Shown here piece after piece: positions 28,379-38,065 of a stretch of 64,000 nt of DNA. The stretch lies in contig JAGVOT010000038.1 of assembly GCA_020052615.1 (NCBI GenBank), forward strand, positions 43,028 to 107,027, given 5' to 3'. The notes below the pieces were generated by a model. The model worked only from the letters and a program-made list of their open reading frames with translations. It was not told where the DNA came from and did not search any database. The position numbers were made by a program, and so were the translations under genes. Source of the stretch: Nitrospirota bacterium. Lineage in GTDB: Bacteria; Nitrospirota; UBA9217. Position 1 is the first letter of the stretch. Every line of letters starts with the position of its first letter.

Positions 28379-29151
28379 GCCCGCACCTCTCCGGGCTTCA
28401 GCACTCCCATCTTTACCAGCAGATCAGGGCGTTTCCTATAAAGCAGCACGACCATCCCCGCGGTCATCGCCCCTTCGAGAATTCCGAGCGGCAATTGTGT
28501 TGGAATGAAGGCAACCAGAATTTTAGAGAACAGCGGCAGAAAAGGCGAATCACCCCGGATGCCTGCTGCAAGTTCTGCTGATGTTGAAAGGTAGGTCGCC
28601 CAGTCAGCGAAAAGCCCCGCCATAAATCCTGCAGCCGCCATGTTGACTTTAATCAAGCGCAGAACCTTAAACGCTGCATATCCGGCAAGTGAACCCATGA
28701 CACCCATTGATACGATGTTCGCGCCCCATGTGCTTAATCCACCATGCGAGAGAAAGAGCGCCTGAATCAGGAGCGCCGCAGCCGCCACGACAACGCTGAT
28801 AGCCGGGCCGAGCAGGATGCCGGAAATACCGGTTCCACAAGGGTGGGAGCAAGTGCCTGCAGAAGGAACAGGAATGGGCATGCAGGATATGATAAAAACC
28901 GCTGCGGCCATGAGTCCGACGAGAGGCTTGAACGAGAGGTCTGTGGCGGTGAGCTTTTTGAGCCGATAGAGACCAAATGCCACAAATGGCGCGGCGATGA
29001 AGAACCAGAGAACCGCCCAGCCAAGCGGCAGGATTCCCTCGGAAATATGCATGGCATATGCGTCGGCGGCAAGGGTTAAGTGACAAGCAGCCAGCAGGAA
29101 CATGGCCAGTATTCGTTTGCGAGTTCTTTCACGTGACCCCTGAACGCTCAT
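28375..29151 (-). CDS. cbiM: cobalt ECF transporter S component CbiM
   Basis: Signal peptide followed by MHISEGILP, the conserved CbiM mature N-terminus, then a polytopic body. Confidence 0.9.
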   Translation of the reverse strand: MSVQGSRERTRKRILAMFLLAACHLTLAADAYAMHISEGILPLGWAVLWFFIAAPFVAFGLYRLKKLTATDLSFKPLVGLMAAAVFIISCMPIPVPSAGTCSHPCGTGISGILLGPAISVVVAAAALLIQALFLSHGGLSTWGANIVSMGVMGSLAGYAAFKVLRLIKVNMAAAGFMAGLFADWATYLSTSAELAAGIRGDSPFLPLFSKILVAFIPTQLPLGILEGAMTAGMVVLLYRKRPDLLVKMGVLKPGEVRA

Positions 29152-30149
29152 TTATCTTCTCCCGCCATCTTTAACAACGCATTTACGATGGCCACGGCCA
29201 CGGGCGTGCCGCCTTTCCGCCCTAATGCGGTTATAAAGGGAAACTGCTGAGAAGCAAGCAGCGCCTTGGACTCAACCGCCTTCACGAACCCCACGGGAAC
29301 GCCGACCACCAGGGGCAGCTGCCGACCGGCAAAGGCCGGCGAACTGAACAGCTCGACCACCTTCAGCAGGGCGGTGGGCGCGTTCCCGATGGCGATGATG
29401 CCGATGTTGCTGTTTTCCCGCAATGCGGATTCCATCCCGATCTCGGCCTTGGTCATGCTGCCTGACTCCCGGCTCCCGGCCTCCGCCTCCTGTATCTTGC
29501 AGACGACTGTTCCGCCCCAGCAGCCCAGGAGCTTTTTGTTGATGCCGGTCCGCACCATTTCAACGTCCGTCAGGATGTCTCTTCCCGCCTTGATCGCCGC
29601 AAGACCTGCGGCAACCGCGTCAGGGCGGAACGTCAGGGTTTCCTTGAAATCGAAATCCGCCGTTGCATGGATGACGCGCTGCACGATCGGCAGACGATCA
29701 GCGGGGATGGCGCTCAGATCAGCCTCGGCAGAAAGAATATCGAAGCTCCTCTTTTCTATGGCAGCGGGCGCCAAGACATCCGCGGCGCTGATCCGCTCCA
29801 TCGCGATGTGGGCCAGCTTTTCATGGATGCCGAGCGGCTCGGTATAGACGAAGGTCACATCGGGATATAGCCCCCGAGCCTCTTCGATCATTTCAGGGAT
29901 GTCCCTGGTCACATGCATCCCTGCGCTCAGGAAGAACGGGTGCAAAATAACCTTCTCAGCGCCCCGTGACACGCTGTCCTTTATAGTGTCCATGATGCCA
30001 GGTTCCGCGAACTGGAGGTAGGCCGCCTTGACGCAGTCTTCTGCGCACCCGGCATGCAGCATCGTGTGAAGCATCGCCGCCATATGATCCAGTTTATTTG
30101 CGTCCTTTTTCGGGCTCCCGTGCCCCAGCAGCAGAATGCTTTCCTTCAT
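29148..30149 (-). CDS. cbiXC: CbiX(small)-type sirohydrochlorin cobaltochelatase fused to precorrin-8X methylmutase CbiC
   Basis: N-terminal ~125 aa: LLLGHGSPKKD...ILHPFFLSAGMHVTRDIP (CbiX-like). C-terminal ~200 aa: HATADFD...AIGNAPTALL...VGVPVGFV (CbiC/CobH-like). Confidence 0.8.
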   Translation of the reverse strand: MKESILLLGHGSPKKDANKLDHMAAMLHTMLHAGCAEDCVKAAYLQFAEPGIMDTIKDSVSRGAEKVILHPFFLSAGMHVTRDIPEMIEEARGLYPDVTFVYTEPLGIHEKLAHIAMERISAADVLAPAAIEKRSFDILSAEADLSAIPADRLPIVQRVIHATADFDFKETLTFRPDAVAAGLAAIKAGRDILTDVEMVRTGINKKLLGCWGGTVVCKIQEAEAGSRESGSMTKAEIGMESALRENSNIGIIAIGNAPTALLKVVELFSSPAFAGRQLPLVVGVPVGFVKAVESKALLASQQFPFITALGRKGGTPVAVAIVNALLKMAGEDK

Positions 30150-31525
30150 GCTCTTCTTGCTCCTTTGATGAAACAGGCAAAATGATCCGCCCCGCGCCGG
30201 CTGCTGCCGAAGTGAACATGAACATAGCTTGCCAGGGCATTGTTCCTTCTGAACCCTTCCGTGGGGAAGACCTTGTTCCGGCTATCGCTCATCGCATAGG
30301 CGGTCCCTGCGGCCTCGCCCACGATCTCCGAATAGTGGAATTCGTGCCCCCGGTACTTCTCCCCCCTGCTTCCCAGGATACAGTCCTCGTTCAAGACGAT
30401 CTCGCGGTAGCCCAGGCGCGGCTTTTTCATCATCCGTGTTTCGAAGGGAAACACGCCTGCCATGGCAAAGAGTTTATCGTCAAAGTCACGGATGCCTCGC
30501 GAAAGATACATCAAGCCTCCGCACTCCGCGTACAGCGGTTTTTTGGCATCGGCCCACGCACGCACGGATTCCCGCATGGAGGCATTGCCCGATAGCGCGG
30601 CGGCATGAAGCTCAGGATATCCGCCGCCGATATAAACACCGTCCGCTGCGCCGGGGATTTCCGGATCGGCAAGAGGGCTGAACCGAATGATCTCGGCGCC
30701 CGCAGCGCGCAGCAGGTCCAGGTTGTCCTCATAGTAGAAGCTGAAGGCCTTGTCACAGGCAACGGCAAGCGTGAAGCGCTTGCCTCTCTTCGTTTCCCGC
30801 TGGTCGCCATCCGTTCTTTCCGGCTTCGAACCCTTAACTTCGATTTGTGCATTTTGGATGAGCCGGTCAACATCGACATGCGTGAGGACCGTCTCTGCAA
30901 GCCTGTTAAGATCCTTCCCGGCAAGAGGGTCCTCCTCGGCCGTTGTCAGCCCGAGATGCCGGCGCGGGATTTCGAAGTCCAGTTCCCTTGGGACATATCC
31001 GAGCACCGGCACATCGCAAACACTGTCTCTCAGCCTGGCAAAATGGGTCTCCGAAGCAACCCGGTTGAAGATCACCCCGCCGAATCTGACCTCATCGCGT
31101 TTCACTCCGCACTCCGAACCCCGAACGCCGAACTCGACAAATCCCTTCACCATTGCCCCCGCGCTCTCAGCCATCCCGTAGGCATCGACAACAAGTACAA
31201 CAGGCGCCTCCAGGAGCGCCGCCAGCGACGCCGTGCTTCGGTCGCCGTCATACAGCCCCATGACGCCTTCTATTACCGCGATATCTGCATCTGCGGCATG
31301 TCCTCTGAAACACCGGGTCACATAGTCCTGGCCGCACATCCACAGGTCCAGATTTCGGGACGGCCTGTCCGCGACAAGCCGGTGCAAGCCCGCGTCGATG
31401 AAGTCCGGACCGGCCTTGAACGGCTGGACCGCAAGCCCCTTCTTCCGCAGGGCCGCCATGATGCCGAGGGTCACGGTCGTCTTGCCGCACCCGCTGTGGG
31501 TCCCTGCGATGACTATACCGCGCAT
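30146..31525 (-). CDS. cbiA: cobyrinic acid a,c-diamide synthase
   Basis: IVIAGTHSGCGKTTVTLGIMAAL..PFKAGPDFID plus a C-terminal GATase domain (YAECGGLMYL). Confidence 0.9.
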   Translation of the reverse strand: MRGIVIAGTHSGCGKTTVTLGIMAALRKKGLAVQPFKAGPDFIDAGLHRLVADRPSRNLDLWMCGQDYVTRCFRGHAADADIAVIEGVMGLYDGDRSTASLAALLEAPVVLVVDAYGMAESAGAMVKGFVEFGVRGSECGVKRDEVRFGGVIFNRVASETHFARLRDSVCDVPVLGYVPRELDFEIPRRHLGLTTAEEDPLAGKDLNRLAETVLTHVDVDRLIQNAQIEVKGSKPERTDGDQRETKRGKRFTLAVACDKAFSFYYEDNLDLLRAAGAEIIRFSPLADPEIPGAADGVYIGGGYPELHAAALSGNASMRESVRAWADAKKPLYAECGGLMYLSRGIRDFDDKLFAMAGVFPFETRMMKKPRLGYREIVLNEDCILGSRGEKYRGHEFHYSEIVGEAAGTAYAMSDSRNKVFPTEGFRRNNALASYVHVHFGSSRRGADHFACFIKGARRA

Positions 31526-32571
31526 AGTGTTCCCAGTTCCTTCAGCAGCCGGCTGTTCTCATTCCGCGACCGCACCGCGACGCGCACATAGGATCCGTCG
31601 AGACCGACGAAGTTAGAGCAGTCCCTCACGAGAATTCCCCTTTTTCTAAGCGATGCTGCGACCGAGTTCCCACTGGCAGTCCTGAACAGATAGTAGTTCG
31701 CCGACGACGAGAAGAACGCGATGCCGAGGTCCCGGAAGCCCTGTTCAAGGTATCCCTTCTCCGCGGAGATCGCCTCTGTCGTCCTCATCTGGTATGCGCG
31801 GTCCCCGATCGCCGTCGCAGCGGCAATCTGCGCCAGCGTGTTAACGGTCCACGGCTCCCTGTGGCGCCTGATCCGCACGATGATGTGATCGGGGAAAATG
31901 CCGTATCCTATTCGGAGGCCCGAGAGCGCATAGAACTTCGTGAGCGACCGCAGCACGATCAAATGGGTATTTCCCTCCACATCCCTTGCGACTGACTGTT
32001 CCGGCGTGAAATCAATGAACGCCTCATCCACCACGAGAAGACAGCCCGCTCGCTCCGCGGTCCTGACGAGATCGAGCACCGCCTCCCGTTCCAGCAGCCT
32101 TCCTGTTGGATTGTTCGGATTGCACAGGAAGGCCATATCGCACCCGGCCATCGCCGCGCCGAATTGTCCGGGATCGACCGCAAAACCGTCCTGCGGAGAC
32201 AGATCGAAGCGGGTGCATGACGTGCCATCGTTCAAGTGACAGGCGCGCTCATATTCCGAGAAGGTAGGCGCGGGCATCAACACGCGCCGCGGCCGCAAAG
32301 CCCGAACGACGAGATAGATCAGTTCCGTGCTGCCGTTGCCGCAAACAAGGCTTAGCGCTGGCACACCCAGGTGCTGCGACAGGTCCCGGCTTATGCCGTC
32401 GGCAAAGGGGTCCGGATAATGGACGAGCAATCCGATGTTCTCCCGGATAACCGCAGCGACGGATTCCGGCACGCCGAGGGGATTGATCGATGCGCTGAAG
32501 TCCAGCATCTCGCTCACCGGGATGCCGGTCTCCGCCGACGCCTGGAATACATTGCCGCCATGTCCCGTCAT
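31513..32571 (-). CDS. cobD: threonine-phosphate decarboxylase (PLP aminotransferase class)
   Basis: Class I/II aminotransferase fold with SLTKFYALSGLRIGY (PLP Lys). It sits between cbiA and cbiB. Confidence 0.75.
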   Translation of the reverse strand: MTGHGGNVFQASAETGIPVSEMLDFSASINPLGVPESVAAVIRENIGLLVHYPDPFADGISRDLSQHLGVPALSLVCGNGSTELIYLVVRALRPRRVLMPAPTFSEYERACHLNDGTSCTRFDLSPQDGFAVDPGQFGAAMAGCDMAFLCNPNNPTGRLLEREAVLDLVRTAERAGCLLVVDEAFIDFTPEQSVARDVEGNTHLIVLRSLTKFYALSGLRIGYGIFPDHIIVRIRRHREPWTVNTLAQIAAATAIGDRAYQMRTTEAISAEKGYLEQGFRDLGIAFFSSSANYYLFRTASGNSVAASLRKRGILVRDCSNFVGLDGSYVRVAVRSRNENSRLLKELGTLCAV

Positions 32572-33566
32572 AGCATCCCCCGCGCTGCGACCGCTGCGGT
32601 TGCCAGGGCAGCCGCGATCACAGCGGAAACCTTCACCACCGTCATCGCCTCGTCCGACGCCGGAAGATAGTCTTCCCTGTGGGGATCGCCGATCACGGGT
32701 TTTTCGCTCAAGAGGCCGTCGTAATAGTTCGGACCACCCAGGGTCACGCCGATCGCTCCGGCCATGGACGCCTCGGGCACGCCGCTGTTCGGGCTGGGGT
32801 GCTTCCTGCCGTCACGGGCCATGATCGCAAGCGACCTGCGCAAAACCGCTCCGCCCTTCGCCGCGCCCTTCGCGAATGCGGTAAAGAATGCGGACACGGC
32901 GATGATCAGGCCTGTGATCCGGGCAGGCAGGTAGTTCGCGGCATCGTCGACACGCGCTGCGGCCCAGCCGAAATAGCGATATCGGTCGTTCTTGTATCCC
33001 ACCATGGAATCGAGCGTGTTGATCGCTTTGTAGGCCATGGCAAGAGGAAGCCCGCCGATGGCAAGATAAAAAAGCGGAGCAACGACCCCGTCCGACAGGT
33101 TTTCGGCCAACGTTTCAATCGTTGCCCTGAGCACGCCTTGCTCCGAAAGCCCGGCCGTGTCGCGGCCCACGATCATGCTCACGTGCTTCCGCGCCGACTC
33201 CAGACTTCCCTCCCTGATCGACGATATCACGAGACCTGCCGCCTCAAGCAGGTCATGGGCGGCGATCGTTGTTGCCGTGAGCGCTGCAAGCACAACGGTA
33301 CCGCCAAGGACGGACACCTGCTCAGAATATCGGTTCAGCAGCAACACGAGGACGCCGGTAAGGAAATAAACCGGTGCCACAATCGACAGCACCAGTACAA
33401 TGCCGGCCGCCCGCTCACCGCCCGGAGAAGCGGCCACGCGCCGGAGGAATCGCTCCATCGCGCTTATAGCGCTTCCGATGAACCTGACCGGATGGGGCAG
33501 CCAGCGGGGATCCCCGAACAGGAGATCGAGCGCGAACGCCAGCAGCAGGACCGTCGCGCTGATCAT
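32568..33566 (-). CDS. cbiB: adenosylcobinamide-phosphate synthase
   Basis: LDLLFGDPRWLPHPVRFIG is the CbiB/CobD signature. Membrane protein. Confidence 0.9.
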   Translation of the reverse strand: MISATVLLLAFALDLLFGDPRWLPHPVRFIGSAISAMERFLRRVAASPGGERAAGIVLVLSIVAPVYFLTGVLVLLLNRYSEQVSVLGGTVVLAALTATTIAAHDLLEAAGLVISSIREGSLESARKHVSMIVGRDTAGLSEQGVLRATIETLAENLSDGVVAPLFYLAIGGLPLAMAYKAINTLDSMVGYKNDRYRYFGWAAARVDDAANYLPARITGLIIAVSAFFTAFAKGAAKGGAVLRRSLAIMARDGRKHPSPNSGVPEASMAGAIGVTLGGPNYYDGLLSEKPVIGDPHREDYLPASDEAMTVVKVSAVIAAALATAAVAARGML

Positions 33567-35083
33567 AATTTCAGCATCTCCCGGACAAAATCCATGTCCA
33601 CATGCTCCCGCACGACCGAGGCCAGACGGTCAAGGGCCTGTTCCTGGAGTTCTCGGTACCGCAACCCGCTCGTGCCGGGAGGCAGTCCCTTCTTTTTTCT
33701 GATGTGATCGATGATGTCCCGCCGGAACAGATCGTTGTCGAAGATCCCATGGAGGTAGGTGCCCCAGCAGTTGCCGTTAATCGACCCGTCCAGTGCTTCC
33801 GCCTCAGCGCCGCTTCCCTGCGAAGACCTGACCGAGAACAAGCCGATATCGCCGCTGCTTGTTCCCACGTGGATCTCATAGCCCTGAAGGATTTGTGAAG
33901 CCGCAGAAGCTTCGACGTAGGGGTGTGCACCAGTGATCCTGGCTTCAACGCGGCAGGTCTTCTTTTCAACCCCGAACAGGGTGCTGATATTCAGAAGCCC
34001 GATGCCGTCGATGCTCCTGTGATCGCTCTCCGTTCCGTGGGGATCGTCGATCTTTTTGCCGAGCATCTGATATCCGCCGCAGATGCCGATGATCCCCGCG
34101 CCCCGGGCACAGGCTCGCCGTATTGAGTCAACAAGACCCTTCTCCTTCAGAAGCAGCAGATCAGCCACTGTGTTCTTCGACCCCGGCAGAATGACCAGGT
34201 CCGCGTTCTCGATCTCCGAGGGACTGTCCGAATATACCACCTCCGTATCCGGTTCGAGCGCAAGGGGGTCGAAATCTGTGAAATTGGAAATGTACTGCAG
34301 ACGCACAACAGCGATTTTCGCTATGCCTGCGCCGGGGCTGACCCGGTGACGCACAGCCCGCTGCGAGAGAGCAAGTCCGTCCTCTTCCGGGAGTCCCAGG
34401 TCCGGGACATAGGGCAGCACGCCGATCACGGGCCTGCCCGTCTTCGCGCTGATCATATCGAGGCCGGGGTCAAGGATGGTCTTGTCGCCCCGGAACTTGT
34501 TGATGATGAACGCCTTGATCTGCCGGCTGTCCCTGCCAAGCAGTTTGACCGTGCCGTAGAGCGACGCGAACACGCCGCCCTTGTCAATGTCCGCCACGAG
34601 CAGGACCGGCGCACGCGCATGCTTCGCCATGGCCATGTTCACAATGTCCACGTTCAGGAGATTGATCTCAGCCGGGCTGCCAGCACCTTCGAGCACGATC
34701 AGATCATGCTGTTCCGCAAGCCTCGCGTAGGACTCGGTCACAGCCTTCCAGGCCTGGTCGCGGAAGGCGTAGTAATCCTTCGCCTTCATCGTGGCGTGGA
34801 CCTTGCCGTGGATGATGACCTGCGACCTGCCGTTGCCGGACACCTTGAGGAGCACGGGATTCATGTCGTTCAGCGAATCGACCCGGGCCGCCCGCGCCTG
34901 GAGCGCCTGCGCCCTGCCGATCTCCCCGCCCTCAGCGGTGATGGAGGAGTTGAGCGCCATGTTCTGCGCTTTGAACGGCGCGACCTTGATCCCCTGATCG
35001 CTGAAGATCCGGCAGAACGCGGCTGCGACCAGACTCTTGCCCGCGCCGGACCCCGTGCCCTGTATCATCAACGCTTTGGCCAA
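33563..35083 (-). CDS. cobQ: cobyric acid synthase
   Basis: LMIQGTGSGAGKSLVAA plus a C-terminal GATase domain (IGICGGYQMLG). Apparent TTG start 5 nt after an AGGAG. Confidence 0.9.
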   Translation of the reverse strand: MAKALMIQGTGSGAGKSLVAAAFCRIFSDQGIKVAPFKAQNMALNSSITAEGGEIGRAQALQARAARVDSLNDMNPVLLKVSGNGRSQVIIHGKVHATMKAKDYYAFRDQAWKAVTESYARLAEQHDLIVLEGAGSPAEINLLNVDIVNMAMAKHARAPVLLVADIDKGGVFASLYGTVKLLGRDSRQIKAFIINKFRGDKTILDPGLDMISAKTGRPVIGVLPYVPDLGLPEEDGLALSQRAVRHRVSPGAGIAKIAVVRLQYISNFTDFDPLALEPDTEVVYSDSPSEIENADLVILPGSKNTVADLLLLKEKGLVDSIRRACARGAGIIGICGGYQMLGKKIDDPHGTESDHRSIDGIGLLNISTLFGVEKKTCRVEARITGAHPYVEASAASQILQGYEIHVGTSSGDIGLFSVRSSQGSGAEAEALDGSINGNCWGTYLHGIFDNDLFRRDIIDHIRKKKGLPPGTSGLRYRELQEQALDRLASVVREHVDMDFVREMLKL

Positions 35084-35233
35084 TCAGTCTCCTTCTAAAC
35101 CACGATTAAAACCTGACCCGGACAGGCCGGAGCCAAAATCTACGGCAACCGCAGGCGGCTTCCCCTTCGTGTATCACGACGAGGTCGGGACCCGTGGTTC
35201 CCTGCAGTTCGATCTTCTCCCCTACTGTTTCGG

Positions 35234-36304
35234 CTATAACACTGTCTGCTCGGTGTTTTTTTCCGATACACCCGCCGACGAGAACGTTGCCATTTCGGCA
35301 AGAATGCGAAGGCCCGATTCTACCAGCGAGATCCCGAGCGCCGCGCCCGTCCCCTCGCCTAGCCGCAGGCTCAGGTCCAGGAGCGGCCGCTGTTCCAAGC
35401 GCTCCAGCATCTTCCGGTGGCCGATCTCCACGGACTGGTGCGCCGCGACAAGATACTCCTTCACTGCAGGACAGAGCTCGGCAGCGATGAGAGCGCCGGC
35501 AGTCGAGATAAATCCGTCCACGACGACCGGTATCCGGTGCAGCGCGGCGCCGAGCACCACACCGGCGATGCCGCCGATCTCGAAGCCGCCGACCTTGGCC
35601 AGCACATCGAGCGCGTCGCTTTTGTCCGGCCGGTTCACGGCGATCGCCTTCTTGATCGTCGCGACCTTGCTCTTGAGCGAACTGTCGTCGATGCCGGTCC
35701 CGCGGCCAGTGACCAGTTCCGGGTCGGTCCCCGTGATCACCGAAACGATCGCCGATGACGGCGTGGTGTTGCCGATGCCCATATCGCCCGTGCCGATGAT
35801 ATCGAGGCCGTCTCGGTATTTCTCCACCAGCCCCACGCCCGCCATGATCGACGCTTCGGCCTGTTCCCGCGTCATGGCCGGCCCTGCCGCGATGTTTCCC
35901 GTGCCGCGGCCGATCTTCCTGATCTCCAGCCCCTCAGCCGGCTCGAAGTCGTGGTCAACGCCCATGTCCACCGCGATCACCCGCGCGCCGGCCTGTCGGG
36001 CAAGCACGTTCACGCCCGCGCCGCCGCGCAGGAAGTTGTAGACCATCTGGGGCGTCACCGCCGCCGGGAATGCGCTCACCCCTTCTTTCGTTACGCCGTG
36101 ATCCCCTGCGCAGGTGAAGATGATCTTGTTCCTGAGCACCGGCTTATCCTTGCCGGTGATCAGGCAATACCGCATCGCAAGCTCTTCGAGACGACCCAGG
36201 CTTCCCTGCGGCTTTGTCAGATCGTCAAGCTTTGCCTGAATAGTATTCCTCCGGGAATGATCGATCGGCCGAATGTTCTTAATGACTTCATGCAATGTTT
36301 TCAT
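35234..36304 (-). CDS. cobT: nicotinate-nucleotide--dimethylbenzimidazole phosphoribosyltransferase
   Basis: KPQGSLGRLEELA and GDMGIGNTTPSSAI are CobT motifs. Confidence 0.9.
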   Translation of the reverse strand: MKTLHEVIKNIRPIDHSRRNTIQAKLDDLTKPQGSLGRLEELAMRYCLITGKDKPVLRNKIIFTCAGDHGVTKEGVSAFPAAVTPQMVYNFLRGGAGVNVLARQAGARVIAVDMGVDHDFEPAEGLEIRKIGRGTGNIAAGPAMTREQAEASIMAGVGLVEKYRDGLDIIGTGDMGIGNTTPSSAIVSVITGTDPELVTGRGTGIDDSSLKSKVATIKKAIAVNRPDKSDALDVLAKVGGFEIGGIAGVVLGAALHRIPVVVDGFISTAGALIAAELCPAVKEYLVAAHQSVEIGHRKMLERLEQRPLLDLSLRLGEGTGAALGISLVESGLRILAEMATFSSAGVSEKNTEQTVL

Positions 36305-36358
36305 CTTTTCTCCTTAATTGATGCTTCCTCTGTTCAATGATCGATCAATGTTTGCCAC

Positions 36359-37669
36359 TTATTGCTTCGTACTGAGCTGCAGATCGCCGGAAAACAGCTT
36401 TGCCGCCCCTTTTGCTGCGCAAAAGCCTCCGCACATGGTGCAGGAATCCTCATGCTCCGGCATGCGGCTCTTGCGGATCGATCGAGCTTCCTCGGGATAG
36501 AGCGCTAGATTGAACTGTTTTTCCCAGTCGAGGTCGCGGCGCGCCTTGCTCATTTCCTTGTCGCGCATCCTTCCTTTTTCTGGATACTTGTTCATATCGC
36601 CGATATACGCCGCGATCTTTGCGGCCTGCACGCCCTGGCGAACGTCGTCCTCATTCGGGAGCGCCAGATGTTCGGCAGGCGTGATATAGCAGATCAGATC
36701 CGCGCCGAAGCGGCTCGACTGCGCCGCTCCGATGGCTGCCGTAATATGGTCGAAGCCCGGCGCCACGTCTGTCGATATGGGACCGAGCATATAGTAGGGA
36801 GCGCCGCCGCTCATCTTTTTCTGGAGCTGGATGTTCCCCTCGATCTCATCCAGAGGCACGTGACCCGGGCCTTCGACCAGCATCTGACAACCCATTTCCC
36901 TGCCGAGCTCGGCCAGTTCACAGTTGATGATCAGTTCCTGTACCTGCGCGCGATCGGAAGAATCGTGGATCGCCCCGGCACGAAGCCCGTTCCCGAGGGA
37001 GAGGACAACGTCGTATTTTTTCAATATCGAGACGACACGGTCGAATTTCTCATACAACGGATTCTCCCGGTTATTAGCCAGCATCCATGCAACCATGCTG
37101 ACCCCGCCCTTGCTCACCAGGCCACCGTAGCGGTACCCCTGCTTTCTCAATCGTTCAATCGTGTAGAGGTTGATGCCGCAGTGGACCGCCATGAAGGCGA
37201 TGCCCTCGGCGCACTGCTTTTCGATCAGGTCGAACAGCATTTCCTCGTCAAGTTTGTTCGGATCGCCGTACTTCCTGCCTGCCTCGCAAAAGGCCTGGTA
37301 CAGGGGGACGTTTCCGACCGGCAGGTCCACCGCAGCGATCACTTCGCGCCGAACGCGGTCCAGGTCGCCGCCCACCGAGAGTTCCATGAGCGTGTCAGCT
37401 CCTGCGGCTTCGGCAATTTTCGCTTTTCTTGCCTCCGCGGCATAATCGACAATGTCCGACGACGTGCCGATCGAAGCATTCACCTTCGTGCGCAGCCCTT
37501 TGCCGACTCCGACCGCTTTCGGGTTTCTGATGCTGTTTCCGGGAATAACGATCTTTCCCTCCGCCACCATGGTCCGTACATACTCGGCTGAAACATCCTC
37601 CGCAGCAGCAACAAGCTCCATCTGCAAAGTAACGAGCCCTCTACGGGCGATCTCTATCTGTGTTGTCAT
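36359..37669 (-). CDS. bzaF: ThiC-family radical SAM enzyme, probable 5-hydroxybenzimidazole synthase
   Basis: 436-aa ThiC-like sequence with a C-terminal CTMCGGFCA cluster motif. It is the first gene after the cobalamin riboswitches and lies directly upstream of cobT. The ThiC family call is confident. The BzaF call is contextual. Confidence 0.65.
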   Translation of the reverse strand: MTTQIEIARRGLVTLQMELVAAAEDVSAEYVRTMVAEGKIVIPGNSIRNPKAVGVGKGLRTKVNASIGTSSDIVDYAAEARKAKIAEAAGADTLMELSVGGDLDRVRREVIAAVDLPVGNVPLYQAFCEAGRKYGDPNKLDEEMLFDLIEKQCAEGIAFMAVHCGINLYTIERLRKQGYRYGGLVSKGGVSMVAWMLANNRENPLYEKFDRVVSILKKYDVVLSLGNGLRAGAIHDSSDRAQVQELIINCELAELGREMGCQMLVEGPGHVPLDEIEGNIQLQKKMSGGAPYYMLGPISTDVAPGFDHITAAIGAAQSSRFGADLICYITPAEHLALPNEDDVRQGVQAAKIAAYIGDMNKYPEKGRMRDKEMSKARRDLDWEKQFNLALYPEEARSIRKSRMPEHEDSCTMCGGFCAAKGAAKLFSGDLQLSTKQ

Positions 37670-37811
37670 GATTATCTCCCTGGGATTATTTTGGCACGGC
37701 TACATGCCGCACGCACAGCCTGATTCCCGACTAACAGGATCATCCCGGAAGCTATGACAGCACAGAGGATAATAGCATGTCCATGATCACTTCTCCTTGT
37801 ACGCGAGGATC

Positions 37812-37951
37812 GGAATAAGACGTCTCCTGGCTTAGGACAACCTACTCGCCGGCCTTCCCGCCCCTGTCAGGGCAGTGGCATGATCGGCTTTCGTTTCCAT
37901 CACAGTTGCGCGACAGCAGGGGAATCACACCCCTTTCCGTTCTCTTATTCC
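37812..37951 (-). promoter_or_regulatory. cobalamin riboswitch aptamer, proximal copy
   Basis: Minus-strand RNA: GGAAUAAGAGAACGGAAAGGGGUGUGAUUCCCCUGCUGUCGCGCAACUGUGA...GCCACUGCCC...GGGAAGGCC...AAGCCAGGAGACGUCUUAUUCC. P1 is GGAAUAAGA/UCUUAUUCC. The B12-box-like AGCCAGGAGAC is at 37822-37832. Confidence 0.85.
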
Positions 37952-37969
37952 TCCATACAACTTCAAAAC

Positions 37970-38004
37970 AAAAAAAAATCCCCGCCTTCGCAAGAAGACG
38001 GGGG
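37970..38004 (-). terminator. intrinsic terminator between the two riboswitch aptamers
   Basis: Minus strand: CCCCGUCUUC-UUGC-GAAGGCGGGG (10-bp stem including one G-U), followed by A and U9. Confidence 0.8.
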
Positions 38005-38065
38005 ATTAATAATATGCTCTATTAACCCACACAAAAACTTATCTCCGAAGATTGTGCGAGAACAC

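Noticed and set aside
35084-35233. The GC-rich, hairpin-rich 150-nt spacer between cobT and cobQ as a third cobalamin riboswitch or attenuator.
   Set aside because: It contains GGGAA and GGGAAGCC strings and several short stems. It lacks the GGUG..AAUCC, GCCACUG and B12-box elements that are obvious in the two upstream aptamers. No U-tract terminator follows. I cannot support a call by eye, though an Infernal scan would settle it.
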